The notes beneath the pieces are model-generated. The model worked only from the letters and a program-made list of their open reading frames with translations. It had not been told where the DNA came from and did not search any database. Below, one piece after another: positions 37,296 through 49,500 of a stretch of DNA of 64,000 bases. Origin of the DNA: a virus. Positions within the stretch are counted from its first letter, which is position 1, and the number at the start of each line of letters is the position of its first letter. A program made the position numbers and the translations under genes. Location: positions 1 to 64,000 of the IMG/VR virus record IMGVR_UViG_3300035670_000110, one strand, 5' to 3'.

Positions 37296-38863
37296 TGCTC
37301 AACCACCTCATATCTGGTGCCCAAGGAACTAGAGTCTTCAGTAACGCGGAAAATTCTCACACTAGTAATTATAGCATCGTTAACCTTTATGCTGAATGAA
37401 TAGTATGGAGAGCCTCCAGCAGTATAATTTAATTCAAATGCTTCTAAATATTTTTCATAATCGAATTTTGAATTTGAGGGATCTCCATAATCAAGGACTT
37501 GAGATTGTATTCTTGATACAAAATTTTGCACAATTTCATAAGCAGCCGTGTCAACGTAGGTGTCTGCGGAATTTGTTTGAGAAGGATCATAATACACTAA
37601 ATCATCTGAATTAAATCTTTCATACGCTGGAACATAATTAATAGCATCATAGTCTATTCCTGCCTCCAAAAACTCTTTTGTATTTTTAATCAACGAAAGA
37701 GTTATTCTTTCAACCTCTCTTGTGATTCTTCTAGAAATGTTAGGCATAAAAATTCTTTCCGCATCTTTCGGATAAGTAATTTCAGCCCTTTCATTCATAG
37801 GGGGTATATTTATTTCTGCTTTAGATGATCGTGTTGTTGGTACAAGATCTATAGCGTCAGACTCTTCATCGTATCGTGGAAGCCCCTCGTCCGACGGCTC
37901 TTCGATATCAAAATCCAGAGATGATTCTTGGAGTGCTTGTATCTGAAGTTCTAAATCTGTAATTCTATCAAGAATTTTCTGTAAATCTTCTTGAGAAATT
38001 CCTGATGGCGTCCCCCCGCCAGGTGGGGGCGGAGGTGGAGGAGGTGGTGGTGGGGGAGGTGGAGGTGGGGTAGGTTCAGGGGGCGCACCTGGCTTGTAAT
38101 CAAATGCGGCGTAAAGCGCTTTTTTTTCATCTGGAGTAATGTTACCATTGTCAACCGCTTCGACCAGTGCTTTTTGTTTCGGCACCTGCTTTTCGCCAAA
38201 GGCTTTTCTTCCACCCGATCCGGTGCCGACATTGGGCCATACATTTTTTATAACTGTTTTATCATAGTCTCCTAATACATTGTAATTATCTTTAAATGCA
38301 CGCCATCTCTCGTCCTCTTCTTTTTGTCCCTGATTAGTTGGAGGGGGAGTGGTTGTTGACGGCGGCGGAGAGGGAGTCTTGGGCGGAGGAGGGGGCGTTG
38401 GCGTTGGGCCTTCCGTTGGGGGAGGAGTCTTAGGGGGAGGAGGGGTATTGGGTGGACGAGGGGTCGATGTTGGCCTGGGTCTACTTAAAAGATTTTGCAT
38501 AATTTGCTTATTATTCTCTACAGTATCGGGGCTAGTGTTTTTAGAAACATTTTTATCCCTTGTAGTCGGAGCAGTTTCTGATTTATTACCTCTTTCAGGC
38601 TTAGTTTTGTCGGGCCGGATAGGGGGCAGGGGAACTGGCTTGTCGGGCCGGATAGGGGGCAGGGGAACTGGCTTGCCTGGTTCTGGCTTAAGTGGCCCTG
38701 GAGTAGGTTTGCCTGGTTCTGGCTTAAGTGGCCCTGGAGTAGGTTTGCCTGGTTCTGGCTTAAGTGGCCCTGGAGTAGGTTTAGATGGCTGCGGCTTAGA
38801 AGTACTAGGCTTAGGTGTTTGTGTTGTTTTTTTGGGTGGTGGTTTCGGGGGAATTTTAGCCAT
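37292..38863 (-). CDS. Proline-rich tail-region protein
   Basis: Tandem Pro-rich repeats and a long poly-Pro run, globular C-terminus. Confidence 0.75.
   Translation of the reverse strand: MAKIPPKPPPKKTTQTPKPSTSKPQPSKPTPGPLKPEPGKPTPGPLKPEPGKPTPGPLKPEPGKPVPLPPIRPDKPVPLPPIRPDKTKPERGNKSETAPTTRDKNVSKNTSPDTVENNKQIMQNLLSRPRPTSTPRPPNTPPPPKTPPPTEGPTPTPPPPPKTPSPPPSTTTPPPTNQGQKEEDERWRAFKDNYNVLGDYDKTVIKNVWPNVGTGSGGRKAFGEKQVPKQKALVEAVDNGNITPDEKKALYAAFDYKPGAPPEPTPPPPPPPPPPPPPPPPGGGTPSGISQEDLQKILDRITDLELQIQALQESSLDFDIEEPSDEGLPRYDEESDAIDLVPTTRSSKAEINIPPMNERAEITYPKDAERIFMPNISRRITREVERITLSLIKNTKEFLEAGIDYDAINYVPAYERFNSDDLVYYDPSQTNSADTYVDTAAYEIVQNFVSRIQSQVLDYGDPSNSKFDYEKYLEAFELNYTAGGSPYYSFSIKVNDAIITSVRIFRVTEDSSSLGTRYEVVEQ
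38607..38782. repeat. Intragenic tandem repeats: 2 x 33 bp followed by 3 x 36 bp
   Basis: ttgtcgggccggatagggggcaggggaactggc x2; ttgcctggttctggcttaagtggccctggagtaggt x3. Confidence 0.95.
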
Positions 38864-41800
38864 TATTTACCAACCTCAATTATTTCTATATTCATAGTGG
38901 GGCCGGAATTATTTACAGAATGAGATATTGCAGATACAATAAACACTCTATCTCCAAAATTTTCATTTTCTAAGGTGTATCCTCTTGTCTTATCATATAT
39001 TCTTACTTTGTCCCCTAATTCTATTAATGGGTTTGGAAATATTTCTAAAGACATTTTTAACCTTTGTCTACCACAATATCTAGTTATCCATTTCATCATA
39101 TTTTTAGCCTGAGCCATAGTCTGTATGTATTGGCTATCTATAGATACAGATTGAGAGCCATATATTGATAGATTCTGCTCTCTTCTTGTTACTCTAAGTT
39201 TATCCTCTTCGACAATATCATAATAGTCTTTCATATTTATTTGCCCAAAACTTAATTCTTCTAATTGTATTCCCACTATGTATAAAGGCATAAGACTTTC
39301 TTCTCCCAGCGTTATTGGCCCAGAGGATGTATTGACAACAACTAGCCTTGCTCCAAAAGTTGTTGGACTATATTTTTTAATCATATATTCAGGATTAACT
39401 TTAGAAATATCTACTAGGGCACTAGAAAATGCTGGTAGGTTATAACGAATATTATATTCTTTTACTTGTCTTACAAGTCTTGCAAAATCATTAAAATAAA
39501 CTTTTATTTCTTCATTTTTAAAATAAAAATCTTTGCTTACTGGAAGTATTCCGCTTTGTATCTTTTGATCTAAAAAGTTTGCTGATTTAAAGTATGGATC
39601 ATTATCTTTCCCCGCTGGCCTAGCAGCGGCTGCAATATATTCATATATTGCTTGAGAATCATTACGAACAAACATAAATATTCTTTTACTATTAAGTCCA
39701 AAGGCCGGTCCATTTGGTTCAATATAGGAATTAACCTTCCTATTTCCATAATAAACTACATATTTAACAGCATTTTCATATTGTTTAATTCTTATTTCAA
39801 GTTCGAATACCGGGTCTGCTGTATTAACATTTTTTATTACCTGAACATCAGTATTAGTTACAGTATTTGCTCCGACCGGGGCTGTAAATAAAAGTTTTGG
39901 CTCGTATTTTGATTTACTATTCAGGCTGACTTTATACATTCTAAGGTTGCCCGCGACGGCTTTTTCAGAAACGGAAGATTTTCCAGATCCTACTGATTCC
40001 ACTTCAACAAAGTATCCTTCATTTTTATCATTCAATCCAAATCCTATACCTGCAATTGAAGAGTTGGTTGACATGATATAAGTATTGGCCTTTCTTTTCT
40101 TTAAAGAAGAGAATAATCTCATTCTTGTTGAAATACTATTAGGAACAAAATCTAAGTCAATATATTGACCGTATATATTTCTTTCTCCAGACATGTACAT
40201 GTATGGATCAAAATCTCCATCTACCGCAGCATCGACCTGAGCGTTCATATCTTTTAATTTCTGAGTCACTATTTGAGTAGGGCCATCTTTATCAAATTGC
40301 TCTAAAATAGTTATGTCTTCCTGCGGAGATTTTGGTCCAGATAATTTTAAGAATCCCAGGTAAGATTGTAAATCTTCAAACGCAAGGGAACCTATGTTTT
40401 CTTTAACAGACTTATATGTATTTCTATCTATATAATTAAATTTTGTAGTAGCCTTTATATCTCCGGGAACTTTATAATTATTTGTTTCCCCTAGAGTTAA
40501 TTTAAATGTTTTATTAATATTTATTCCATCACTGTTTTCTGCTAATGCATAATGTTCTGCAACATCAGAAGAGAACTTCCCTCTCCCGTCTCCAACAACT
40601 TTATATGTATATTCACCACTATTTTGAGAAATTACTTTAAGTTTAACATCTACAATTAATCCTATTATTGATATAGAACCACCTTTTGGTAAGTATCTTA
40701 ATTCTTGTAAAAATTCTTCTTCACTAAATAATATTTTTAATCTGCCATTTATGGAAAATAATTTTCCTTTATATTTTATATATTCATTATCAATTAATAT
40801 ATAACCTTCATAATCTGAAAAAGTTCTACCTTCTCCTCTATCTATAAAAATTATTAATGATTGTTTTGCAGTTAAAATTTCTGACTGACTATCAAAATAT
40901 TCAAAACTATTAGTGGTTGAATAAATAAATCTGACCGCCTCTTCTTCATTTAAGGCTGTATACTCTTCAGTGAAAACATCTTTCAGTCTGTTAGATTTTA
41001 AATTTAGGACTAGGTTTGCCGCTCCGAGCGCCGATGAATTGTCATCTCCTGGTTTCCACAACGGCATTGTTTTATAAGTGTAATTAGAAAATGCTAAAGC
41101 GGTCGCGGGGATATCTTCAATGAGATCATTTAAAACTTTTTCTGGAAGAGTGAGAAGCCCTGGCTCTTTTCTAGGGCCATAAGTGTGATAAAAAACTTCT
41201 CCATCGGTTATTGGATTAATTTTTTGTTCACTATAAGAAATTACATTTGATTTGTAATCATTAATATATGCATACTCTGCTACATTTGCGCTTGCTGTTT
41301 TTGTATAATCTTCATTAAAAATAAACCAAAAATCTGTTTTTGCTATAGCATCATTTTCATTTTGGGATGGTGGAGGATAGTCTTCGTGAACCCAGAATCC
41401 AAATGTTGAAGAATAACTCCATTTTTCTTGTTCGTCCGGTAATGCGTCAGTATTTCCATTATAAAAATACCAATCATTTCTCCACCAAACAAATTTAGTC
41501 GGGTCGGGGTTGGGATTGTATTGACTATCTGAAGCACTTGATGCATCTATTTTTGCTTTTTCTACCAACCTTTCTTTTGTCATAACTTTTAACTTTCCAG
41601 TAGCATCGTAGAACATTGAGCATTGTGTTGCCAGGGCTAATTGTTCTAAAACTTCTGCAACAGTCTGTTCTTTTTTACAAAAGAAATTTCTAATGCTTAC
41701 ATCCTCTCCAGTGTTACCCAGCCCCGTTCCACTTCTTTCAAACTCCATCCCTGTAATTCCAGCATTATCTAAAACTGTCAAAATTGCGGTAGAGAGTTTT

Positions 41801-43026
41801 GTTCCAGTTTTATATTGCAACATTAGATCTGGAGCAGATTTTTCTCTTAAATATTTAAAGCCATCCTCTATATTAACAGACACCGAATAATCTTCTCCTA
41901 CATTCCATTCATTAGAATACATAACCTTTAAGGGAAATATTGCAGAAGAAGATTCTGTATTAACAATTTGATAAAAGGTAAATTTTGTATCTGGGTTTAA
42001 CATTTTAAGATTGCTCAAGGTGCTTGAAAAAAGAAATTGATCCTCTTCATTAGATAGTGAAAGATTTCCATTACTAGACACAATAGATCCAACGGGAAGA
42101 CCCATGTTTGCCGAATCTCCTATAGTAGAATTAAAACTAAATGATTCAGTATACGATGTTAGATCTATTTCTAATCTTGGAGAAAGTTCTATAATCTCTA
42201 ATCCATATGATTTTCTGTTTATTTTATACGTCAAGAATCTAATGCCTCTCACCGTTTTAACATTAGTTGAATTTTCATCTGTTAACTCAGTTATATCTGA
42301 AAGCCTATTAACACTTGCCGACCATTCATTATTAGATAAATATAGTTCAAGGATTCCGTCTGAAAATAAAGAGGCTGCGGAAGATGCAGAAGGAAAGGCA
42401 ACCTTCCATTCTTCCCCCTCCAAATATTCTACCTGAAACTGACTGGGAACAGTCATATGGTTTTGAACCTTTATAGTAATTTTGTTCATGGGAAATTCTT
42501 TTTGATATATAACAAATGGGCTGGCGCAAAAAATAAATCTTTCATTATTAGACACTCCCCTTGAATCTGGGTCAGCAGCCATCACTTTTGCACTATTAAA
42601 ATAATCATAGTCCCTGTTATAAGAGAATGGATAGTATCTTGGGGAGTCCGGGCTAATATTATCTACTCTCATTGACGTAGAATTTCTTGTAATTAAATTA
42701 TTTTTATAATGTTGCAGTAAAACTATTCCTGGGTCTGGTCTGTTGGGAAGAAATATTGACGATAAATCAGAGAAGAATTGCGATTCGGGGGAAAGTTTTA
42801 CCGTTCCATCATCGTAAAGGAAATAATTCTTCCCCTCTAAAACATTATTATTACTAATTAAACCTAAAAGAGGTTCGCCCGAATTAACAATTTTTGGATC
42901 TTTATAAATTCCATATTTGCGAATTTCTTGATACTTATTCATATTCCATTCGCCAATAACAATATGGGTGGAATTCACCCTATCAATGTTTTTGTATAAG
43001 TTTCTTATATCACCATAATCCAGCAT
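38863..43026 (-). CDS. Large minor tail (baseplate hub/central tail) protein
   Basis: 1387 aa, two genes after the tape measure; EWNMN start, QCSMFYD..G.L, SQYIQT..QA, FPNPLIELGD. Confidence 0.8.
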   Translation of the reverse strand: MLDYGDIRNLYKNIDRVNSTHIVIGEWNMNKYQEIRKYGIYKDPKIVNSGEPLLGLISNNNVLEGKNYFLYDDGTVKLSPESQFFSDLSSIFLPNRPDPGIVLLQHYKNNLITRNSTSMRVDNISPDSPRYYPFSYNRDYDYFNSAKVMAADPDSRGVSNNERFIFCASPFVIYQKEFPMNKITIKVQNHMTVPSQFQVEYLEGEEWKVAFPSASSAASLFSDGILELYLSNNEWSASVNRLSDITELTDENSTNVKTVRGIRFLTYKINRKSYGLEIIELSPRLEIDLTSYTESFSFNSTIGDSANMGLPVGSIVSSNGNLSLSNEEDQFLFSSTLSNLKMLNPDTKFTFYQIVNTESSSAIFPLKVMYSNEWNVGEDYSVSVNIEDGFKYLREKSAPDLMLQYKTGTKLSTAILTVLDNAGITGMEFERSGTGLGNTGEDVSIRNFFCKKEQTVAEVLEQLALATQCSMFYDATGKLKVMTKERLVEKAKIDASSASDSQYNPNPDPTKFVWWRNDWYFYNGNTDALPDEQEKWSYSSTFGFWVHEDYPPPSQNENDAIAKTDFWFIFNEDYTKTASANVAEYAYINDYKSNVISYSEQKINPITDGEVFYHTYGPRKEPGLLTLPEKVLNDLIEDIPATALAFSNYTYKTMPLWKPGDDNSSALGAANLVLNLKSNRLKDVFTEEYTALNEEEAVRFIYSTTNSFEYFDSQSEILTAKQSLIIFIDRGEGRTFSDYEGYILIDNEYIKYKGKLFSINGRLKILFSEEEFLQELRYLPKGGSISIIGLIVDVKLKVISQNSGEYTYKVVGDGRGKFSSDVAEHYALAENSDGININKTFKLTLGETNNYKVPGDIKATTKFNYIDRNTYKSVKENIGSLAFEDLQSYLGFLKLSGPKSPQEDITILEQFDKDGPTQIVTQKLKDMNAQVDAAVDGDFDPYMYMSGERNIYGQYIDLDFVPNSISTRMRLFSSLKKRKANTYIMSTNSSIAGIGFGLNDKNEGYFVEVESVGSGKSSVSEKAVAGNLRMYKVSLNSKSKYEPKLLFTAPVGANTVTNTDVQVIKNVNTADPVFELEIRIKQYENAVKYVVYYGNRKVNSYIEPNGPAFGLNSKRIFMFVRNDSQAIYEYIAAAARPAGKDNDPYFKSANFLDQKIQSGILPVSKDFYFKNEEIKVYFNDFARLVRQVKEYNIRYNLPAFSSALVDISKVNPEYMIKKYSPTTFGARLVVVNTSSGPITLGEESLMPLYIVGIQLEELSFGQINMKDYYDIVEEDKLRVTRREQNLSIYGSQSVSIDSQYIQTMAQAKNMMKWITRYCGRQRLKMSLEIFPNPLIELGDKVRIYDKTRGYTLENENFGDRVFIVSAISHSVNNSGPTMNIEIIEVGK

Positions 43027-43565
43027 TAGACCTCCACCAAGGACATGCTAACATCCCAAAGATCGTGAGTAGACCCTCTCTTTTTTACAACATAAGAAAA
43101 ATCTTCAAAGAATACGTTATAGGTTTCTAATGAATACTGTAGGGGGACTGACTCTGAGGCAAAAGGAGTGTCATAAACTAAAGTCAAGTAAAAACTTTCT
43201 GTGTGACCTTCATGCCATTTTAGCATTTCTTGGCCGGAGGCCCATCCACTAGGGGCGGTAATGAATCTACTTTCTGATAATTCTCCTTTAACTGATGGTA
43301 GGTTTTGCCAGTCTACAGAAAATATTTTTTTGTCGGCAACGTGATATGATCTCATTCTTCCATTTATCATTCTTTTTTTAAATTCTATTCTTTCTATAGA
43401 TATTTGTAACTCTGATCTATTATCATCAGTAAGGTATATAAAATTAGTTCCGGCTGTGCCTAAATCATACTGGCCCGCAGCAGCATTGACTGGTGTGGGT
43501 TGAGCCTCTGTAAATATCATTAGGGCTGGTCTTGTCCAGACTTTTTGTAATGTTGTTGTAGGCAT
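43026..43565 (-). CDS. Distal tail-like protein
   Basis: LTDDNR...ERIE..KRMINGRMRSYHVADK...W.VS..L.EV, directly after the tape measure gene. Confidence 0.75.
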   Translation of the reverse strand: MPTTTLQKVWTRPALMIFTEAQPTPVNAAAGQYDLGTAGTNFIYLTDDNRSELQISIERIEFKKRMINGRMRSYHVADKKIFSVDWQNLPSVKGELSESRFITAPSGWASGQEMLKWHEGHTESFYLTLVYDTPFASESVPLQYSLETYNVFFEDFSYVVKKRGSTHDLWDVSMSLVEV

Positions 43566-43568
43566 TAA

Positions 43569-46500
43569 TTATAAACTCCTGCTATGGTTTCTTCTATTAT
43601 TTGATGAATTAATCATACTAGCAACCTTGTTAGCAATTGCTGTAGCACTCTTTCCACTAGCACCATTGATTATAATTTTAACATTTGATTTGCTTCCGCC
43701 ATAATTATTTGATACACCAGAAACATTTGATGGCATAACAGGAACTGAGAATTTCGGATCTTGCATGGATGACATTCCAAAATTACCAGCGTTAATTTGA
43801 TCTAACATTCCTCTACCGTACTTATTTACCGCACCAGCCTTTACCACATACTCTCCATTGGAGAGCATAGCGGGAATCATATCTGATCTTGGACCACCCC
43901 TCCCGGCAACAAAACCACCGGAAGCATATTTTGCAATAGGAGTACCTGCTCTGTCGAAGAACATTCTGTGCCAAGGACTGCTTAAAGAAGTATATTTAAC
44001 CGGACTTCCCGCTTCAATAACCTGATCGTTTCCGGCATATATTGCAATGTGCCTTCCCGATGGAGCCAGCCCAGTATTACTGTAATATAAAAGATCTCCA
44101 ATTTTTAATGATGAAGATGGAATTGGCGGCTGAGAACCGTCTCCAGGCCGTCCGCTAATTCTTCTTGCAACAATTCTAGAACTATTAATTTGACTTTCTG
44201 AATAAGATAAAAGACCATATTTTTTATAACCATCGGGAACGCCTAAATTATATGACATTGCTGTCAGACCAGAGCAGCCCCAAGAATCTGGACCATTTAC
44301 ATTAACAAGACTGTAAGGCTCTCCTAGTTGCTGTTTGGCGAATTCTAATGCTAAAACTCCATCTGGATTTGATCCAGAATCTTGTGATGGGGTAGTTGCC
44401 CCCCTATATCCCAAGAATGCAGGCCATAGATTGTTTGTGTTTGTTTCTGTTGAAACGCCCCACCAAGGTCTTCCATTATACTCACTCCAATCAAATCCGG
44501 CACTTGTACCGTTATAGTTTTTCAACATCGCCCATGGTAAAAATGTTTGACCTCTATTAGATACATGCTCGTATGCCATTCTAGAGTTATAATTTCCATC
44601 CAATAATTGAGAAATATTAAACCATGGCTGACTTCCATAAGATCTTTTATTAATTTGGAAAAGACCGTAGTCACCATTTCCTTCAGAATACATTGAAGGA
44701 TTATTAATATGATCAGAATATTTTCCTGGCTGACCGCCAGACTCTCTCATGGCAATGGTCCAGGCTAATCTATGTAAATCTCTTGGCCAGCCGCCAGCAT
44801 CTAAATATGTTAAAACATTTTGAGCGGTTGTTAATGTGTGACCTAATCCTGCTAGAACAGATTCATTAAATATCGGTGTTCCAGTTGCTCCGCCGTCTCC
44901 ATATGGTGTGCTAGGTGGACTTCCTGGCTCACCGGAACCTGCTCCATTATTAGGATCTTCTACAGGAGTCTCTCTTAATTGTCTTCCATATACAAATCTT
45001 GGATCGGCCTGACCGACAAGTCCACCTTCAGCAAACCCTGTTGCTTTTTCATTAATTTCAAGCAGCCTCATTTCCGCATTATCCTCAGACAATGAGGTGA
45101 TTAATCTAGATAAAGCAAGTGCCGCGCCTGTTCCTCCTAGTACTGTGCCAGTTCCTACAGCGGTTGTATAATATAAGGCCCCAGTTTCTACTTGATCTTC
45201 TGTTAGAGGGGAAAGACCATTCCTCGCTCTATTTGAATTTATCATTGGAACTATGTTATTACGGTATGGATATTGTATAGTTGATGAACCTAAATCTTTA
45301 CCAATTCTTAAAAGGCCAGCAGTTTTTTCTCCAATAGAAAGTTGATCTCCCCAATAAAATGGACTATTTTTATTAAAAGCATGTTTTGCTGAATTATATA
45401 AAAATGTTGCTTTAAATGATGGAGTATTTCCATAAGAGTTTCCTGGTACATATCCTTTAAAATATGGTACTACATTATGAGATCCAGGAGACACCCCAAT
45501 TTTTGAAAATAGTATAGACATCGTTCTTATCCGATTTGCTTCGGCGGCGGCCTCAAGAGATCCGTAGGTTCTTTCACTGGAACTTGCTGGCCATTGTTGA
45601 GCACCACGACTAAAAAGGTTGTTAAAGTCTAGAGCATGACCACCCTCATGTGCGGTAACACCCATAAGTTCAAAAATGTCTCCTGGGGTGGAATTAATTT
45701 GTGTTCCGGTATAAGGGTTATCGACCCCTCCCTGTAACTGATGTCCATTAAAAATTTGATCAACTACGTTATCCCAGGAAGATTTATTTACTACTGTTCC
45801 GGGGGCAGCAGGACCATAAAGTTGTGAAAGCATTGAATCCATTGAGGGATCTTTTCCAAAAATATAACCTTCTTCTGGAACAAAGTTTTTCATGCTCACT
45901 AGATTAGAGTGAGATCCCCAATATATATCTCTTTTAAGATTTTGCGCTTTATTATCATTATAAATAAAGTGGGACAAATATTTTCTATAAGCAGATTGAA
46001 TTTCTGGAGAAATATTAAGTCCGACATAATAAGGATTTATTCCTGGTGGCAATTCTTTTTCTGGAAGACTGTTTAAATAATTTATAAGAACTTCACTTTG
46101 ATCAACCCCTTCTTGATACTTTGGATCATTTCTATAAAGAAAGGGTTTTTCTGACTTTACTCCTGAAGAATAATTTCTCATGACCCCGGCTGTTTTAAAT
46201 CTACTGAGTAGTCCAGATATTCCTTTAGGGATTGGAATAGGAGCAAAACTAGCAGCAAATAAAGCAGCGTCTAAAGCAGCACGATCTGCGTAATCTCTTT
46301 CATATTCTTCCTGGGTAACTCCCATTACCCAGGATGGAAGGGAGAACTGGGCGCTGGTGTTTGATCTAATTCCATATGGGGTTGGCCTAGTAGATGCTAA
46401 TGTTCTTACTCCCCCCAGACCTAATAAAGATAGAGTTGCTGAAAATCCTTGTCTAAGCCCATTCCACATCTCTCCAAGAATGCTTTCTGCAACAGGGTCT

Positions 46501-49500
46501 GGCCTAACAATGTTATAATCTAAATTCTGGGGAACTCCATAATTTATGAGTCCGGTTCCAGCAGTAACAGGTTTTGTGGTAGGAGCAGGAGGTGGAGTAG
46601 TAGATTTTGAATACCCATAATATGGTTGACGCATTACTTGTCCGGCATAACCACCTATTTGGTTTGCAGTATTATTAGAAATTTGTCTTTGTTGAGATTG
46701 TTGTTCTAATCTATCTGCGGATACATATCCACCTTCCGCAAATCTGGCCTGATTGATGGAATTCATCATTCCTACGCCGTACTTTTTAACAGATGATGCT
46801 TTTACAACATATTCACCATTAGAAAGTCTGGCTGGGATGGAATCAGATTTAGGACCTCCTGGTCCAGAAACATAACCTCCTGAATTAAATTTTACATCAT
46901 ATCTTTGAGTCGCGGGGTTCCATATATATCTCTTTCCATCGGGACCTGTAATTTCATTCCCACTATATGTTGTTTGCCAATTTGGAAGGAATCCTGAGCC
47001 TCCGCCAGAAGGAGTATTATTATTATTCTGTCTAGGTGGTGGGGGTGAGTAACCTGGAGGCTGTGTTTGTCCAGGGCTTCTATAATCTTCTGTCTGCGGT
47101 GTTGAAACAGTTTGTATCCAATTTAAAATAGTTTGTAGAGGATCTTCTCCCGTCCTGGGCCTTCCAGTTACATCTCTTCCTCCCATGAGGGCGAAGTAAT
47201 CTCCAGAAATAAGTGACGCTGCCTCTCTTTGAGCCGCTTCAATATCTACAGTCAATCCGCTTTCTAGTTGCTTTCTTATAGCATCATCAAGGAATCTTTG
47301 ATATCTAAGTTTAAGAATAATTGACATTTCTTCCATGTATCTTTTGCCAAATTCTTCCCCTAGTCTTTTAGTGACTTCTTTCGCACTCGTGATTTGCCCA
47401 GCATCATTTTGGCTTTGAATAACGCGGAGGTCAGCCAACTTAGTAGTTTGTTCGTTAATAGTGTCTCTAAAAGATTTTCTCTCTTCTCGCTGCCTTCTCT
47501 TAAAATTCCTTAAACGCCTTTCATATAATTCTTCTGCTTTATCTGCTGCTTCCTGTTCAGCCTCAATTTGATCATTTATTAAATCGATTCTTGTTTGGGT
47601 ATCTTTTTCAAATTGTTCTTGTTTTTCTTGCTCTGTTTCTATTGTTTTATCTATAGAATCAATTTCTCTGTCCCGAGCCTCTTCGATACCTTTAATTTGT
47701 TCATCGTATGCAAATTGTTGAGCATCTTGAGACATTTGTTGTCTATCTTGCAAGAATCCAAAAACATCTCCAGATGCAAGTTTTTCAAGGGCTGATAGAG
47801 CAGTTTTTCTTTGATTAGAATAAAAGTTATCTACTTTCTGTCTCTTTTGAATAGAATTAATATAGTTTTCCGTTGATTCATTTATTCTATCTTTTTCTTC
47901 ATTTAACCCTTCGATCTTTTCTTCAAATCTTTCTCTTTCTTCTTCTGCAGCATCAGAGATGGCCTCTTTTTGTTTTTCAAGACTTTCTATTGTTTTTTCA
48001 CTATCTCTGACAGATTGATTCCTTAGTCTTCTTTGCTTTCTTTCATATCTTTCATACTGTCTATCTAGTTTTTCTAAACCTTCTTGAGAATTTTGAATTA
48101 ATTCTTCTGTGAAACCTATTTGTTTGTCAATTAAACTTCCAGCACTCTCTGTGAGTCCAGCAGCAATATCATTAATTTGATCTTGTAATTCTGCTCTGTT
48201 GGTTGTAATGACAATTTCTGCTTCTAGTTTTAAGGGTCCTCCAACCATTAAAGCGTCTATAATATCCTGTATACTCATCCCCGCAGATAAAGCCTTTGAT
48301 ACCTGAAGGGCCAATTCTTCATCCATACCAATCATTGCAGCAAGAATAGCCCCTCTTACAGGATCTATTTCATTAATAAAATCTTTAATTGGCTGTGGGT
48401 CAAAGGCCATCGCTGTAGATTCTTTTGCTATTTTAATAATTTGATCCATGGCCTCCATGGTTTCTTTGGGAGCCTCTTTAAAGTTTTCAAACATTATTTC
48501 TGTAATTTTTACAATACTTTCTGCGCTAATGTCGGCCATTTCCTCTATATTGGTTTGCATTTGATGGATTTGTCTTGTAACATTGGCAGCATTATCTATA
48601 GTCTCTTGCATTTTATCTTTATCAAAAATGTTTTCAAAGGCTTCGAAGTCAGTTGCTGCTCTAAGAATTTGCAGAGGAATGCTGAGATTAGTTATAAAAC
48701 TTGTTAATCCTGTACTAAGATCTCCAACCGAATTTTCCAGATTTTGAGCAATTACACCAGAAAATCTTTCTGCACCATTGAGAGTATTCTCTAGTTTATC
48801 AAGTCCTTGTTGAGTAACATCTATGGTTAATTTTTGTTTTTCTGGGTCAAACAGGTTAGCCATAGCACTGGCCAACTCTTCCGCTGTTTTTTGTTCAAAC
48901 AAGCCATTCTTTAATCCTATTGCGTAGGCTTGTCCTCCAGTATAACCCGCTTCAGCGGCTATCGCCTTTACTGCATCAACAGCCTGCTCTTCTGAGAGTC
49001 CGCTTGTAATCATTTTATTAAATGCTAGGGCTAATTCTCTAGAACCGGCTTCTGCTCCACCATATTTTATTTTTTCAATCAGGTTTCCGTAATCTTGTTG
49101 AACTGCTTTTTTAAGATTTTCATCTATTTCGCCAATTTCTCCCACCTGACTTGAGGCTTGCTTAAGTTTTTCTGTAACATCAGTTATCTGTATACCAAAA
49201 AACTCTGCTGTTTTTGCAGGATCTTCAAATGATGCAACGGCTCTTTTTCTTGCTTCTTCCGCCGCTTTTTGGTACATCATATAGCCGCCGACAGTGGTTG
49301 CGAGCGCTGCGGCAATTCCTATGCCAATAGGACCGCCAAGCATGGAAACTGCGCCGCCTGCTCTAAAAAGAAGATTTCCTTTTGATGCAGCGCCTGTTGC
49401 TAAATTGGAAGTTGGTCCAATAGCCGCCTTTGATGCTTGCATCTTTGTTCCTAGGCTTCCAAGGCCAAGGAAATTCCCCATCACATTCTTTCCGCTAAAC

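Noticed and set aside
38607-38782. 33-bp and 36-bp repeats as a CRISPR array
   Set aside because: The repeats are head-to-tail with no spacers, are multiples of 3 and lie in frame in a CDS
38349-38897. 182-aa Gly-rich plus-strand ORF
   Set aside because: It is the antisense shadow of the Pro-rich gene (CCN codons read as GGN); no RBS and against the direction of all other genes
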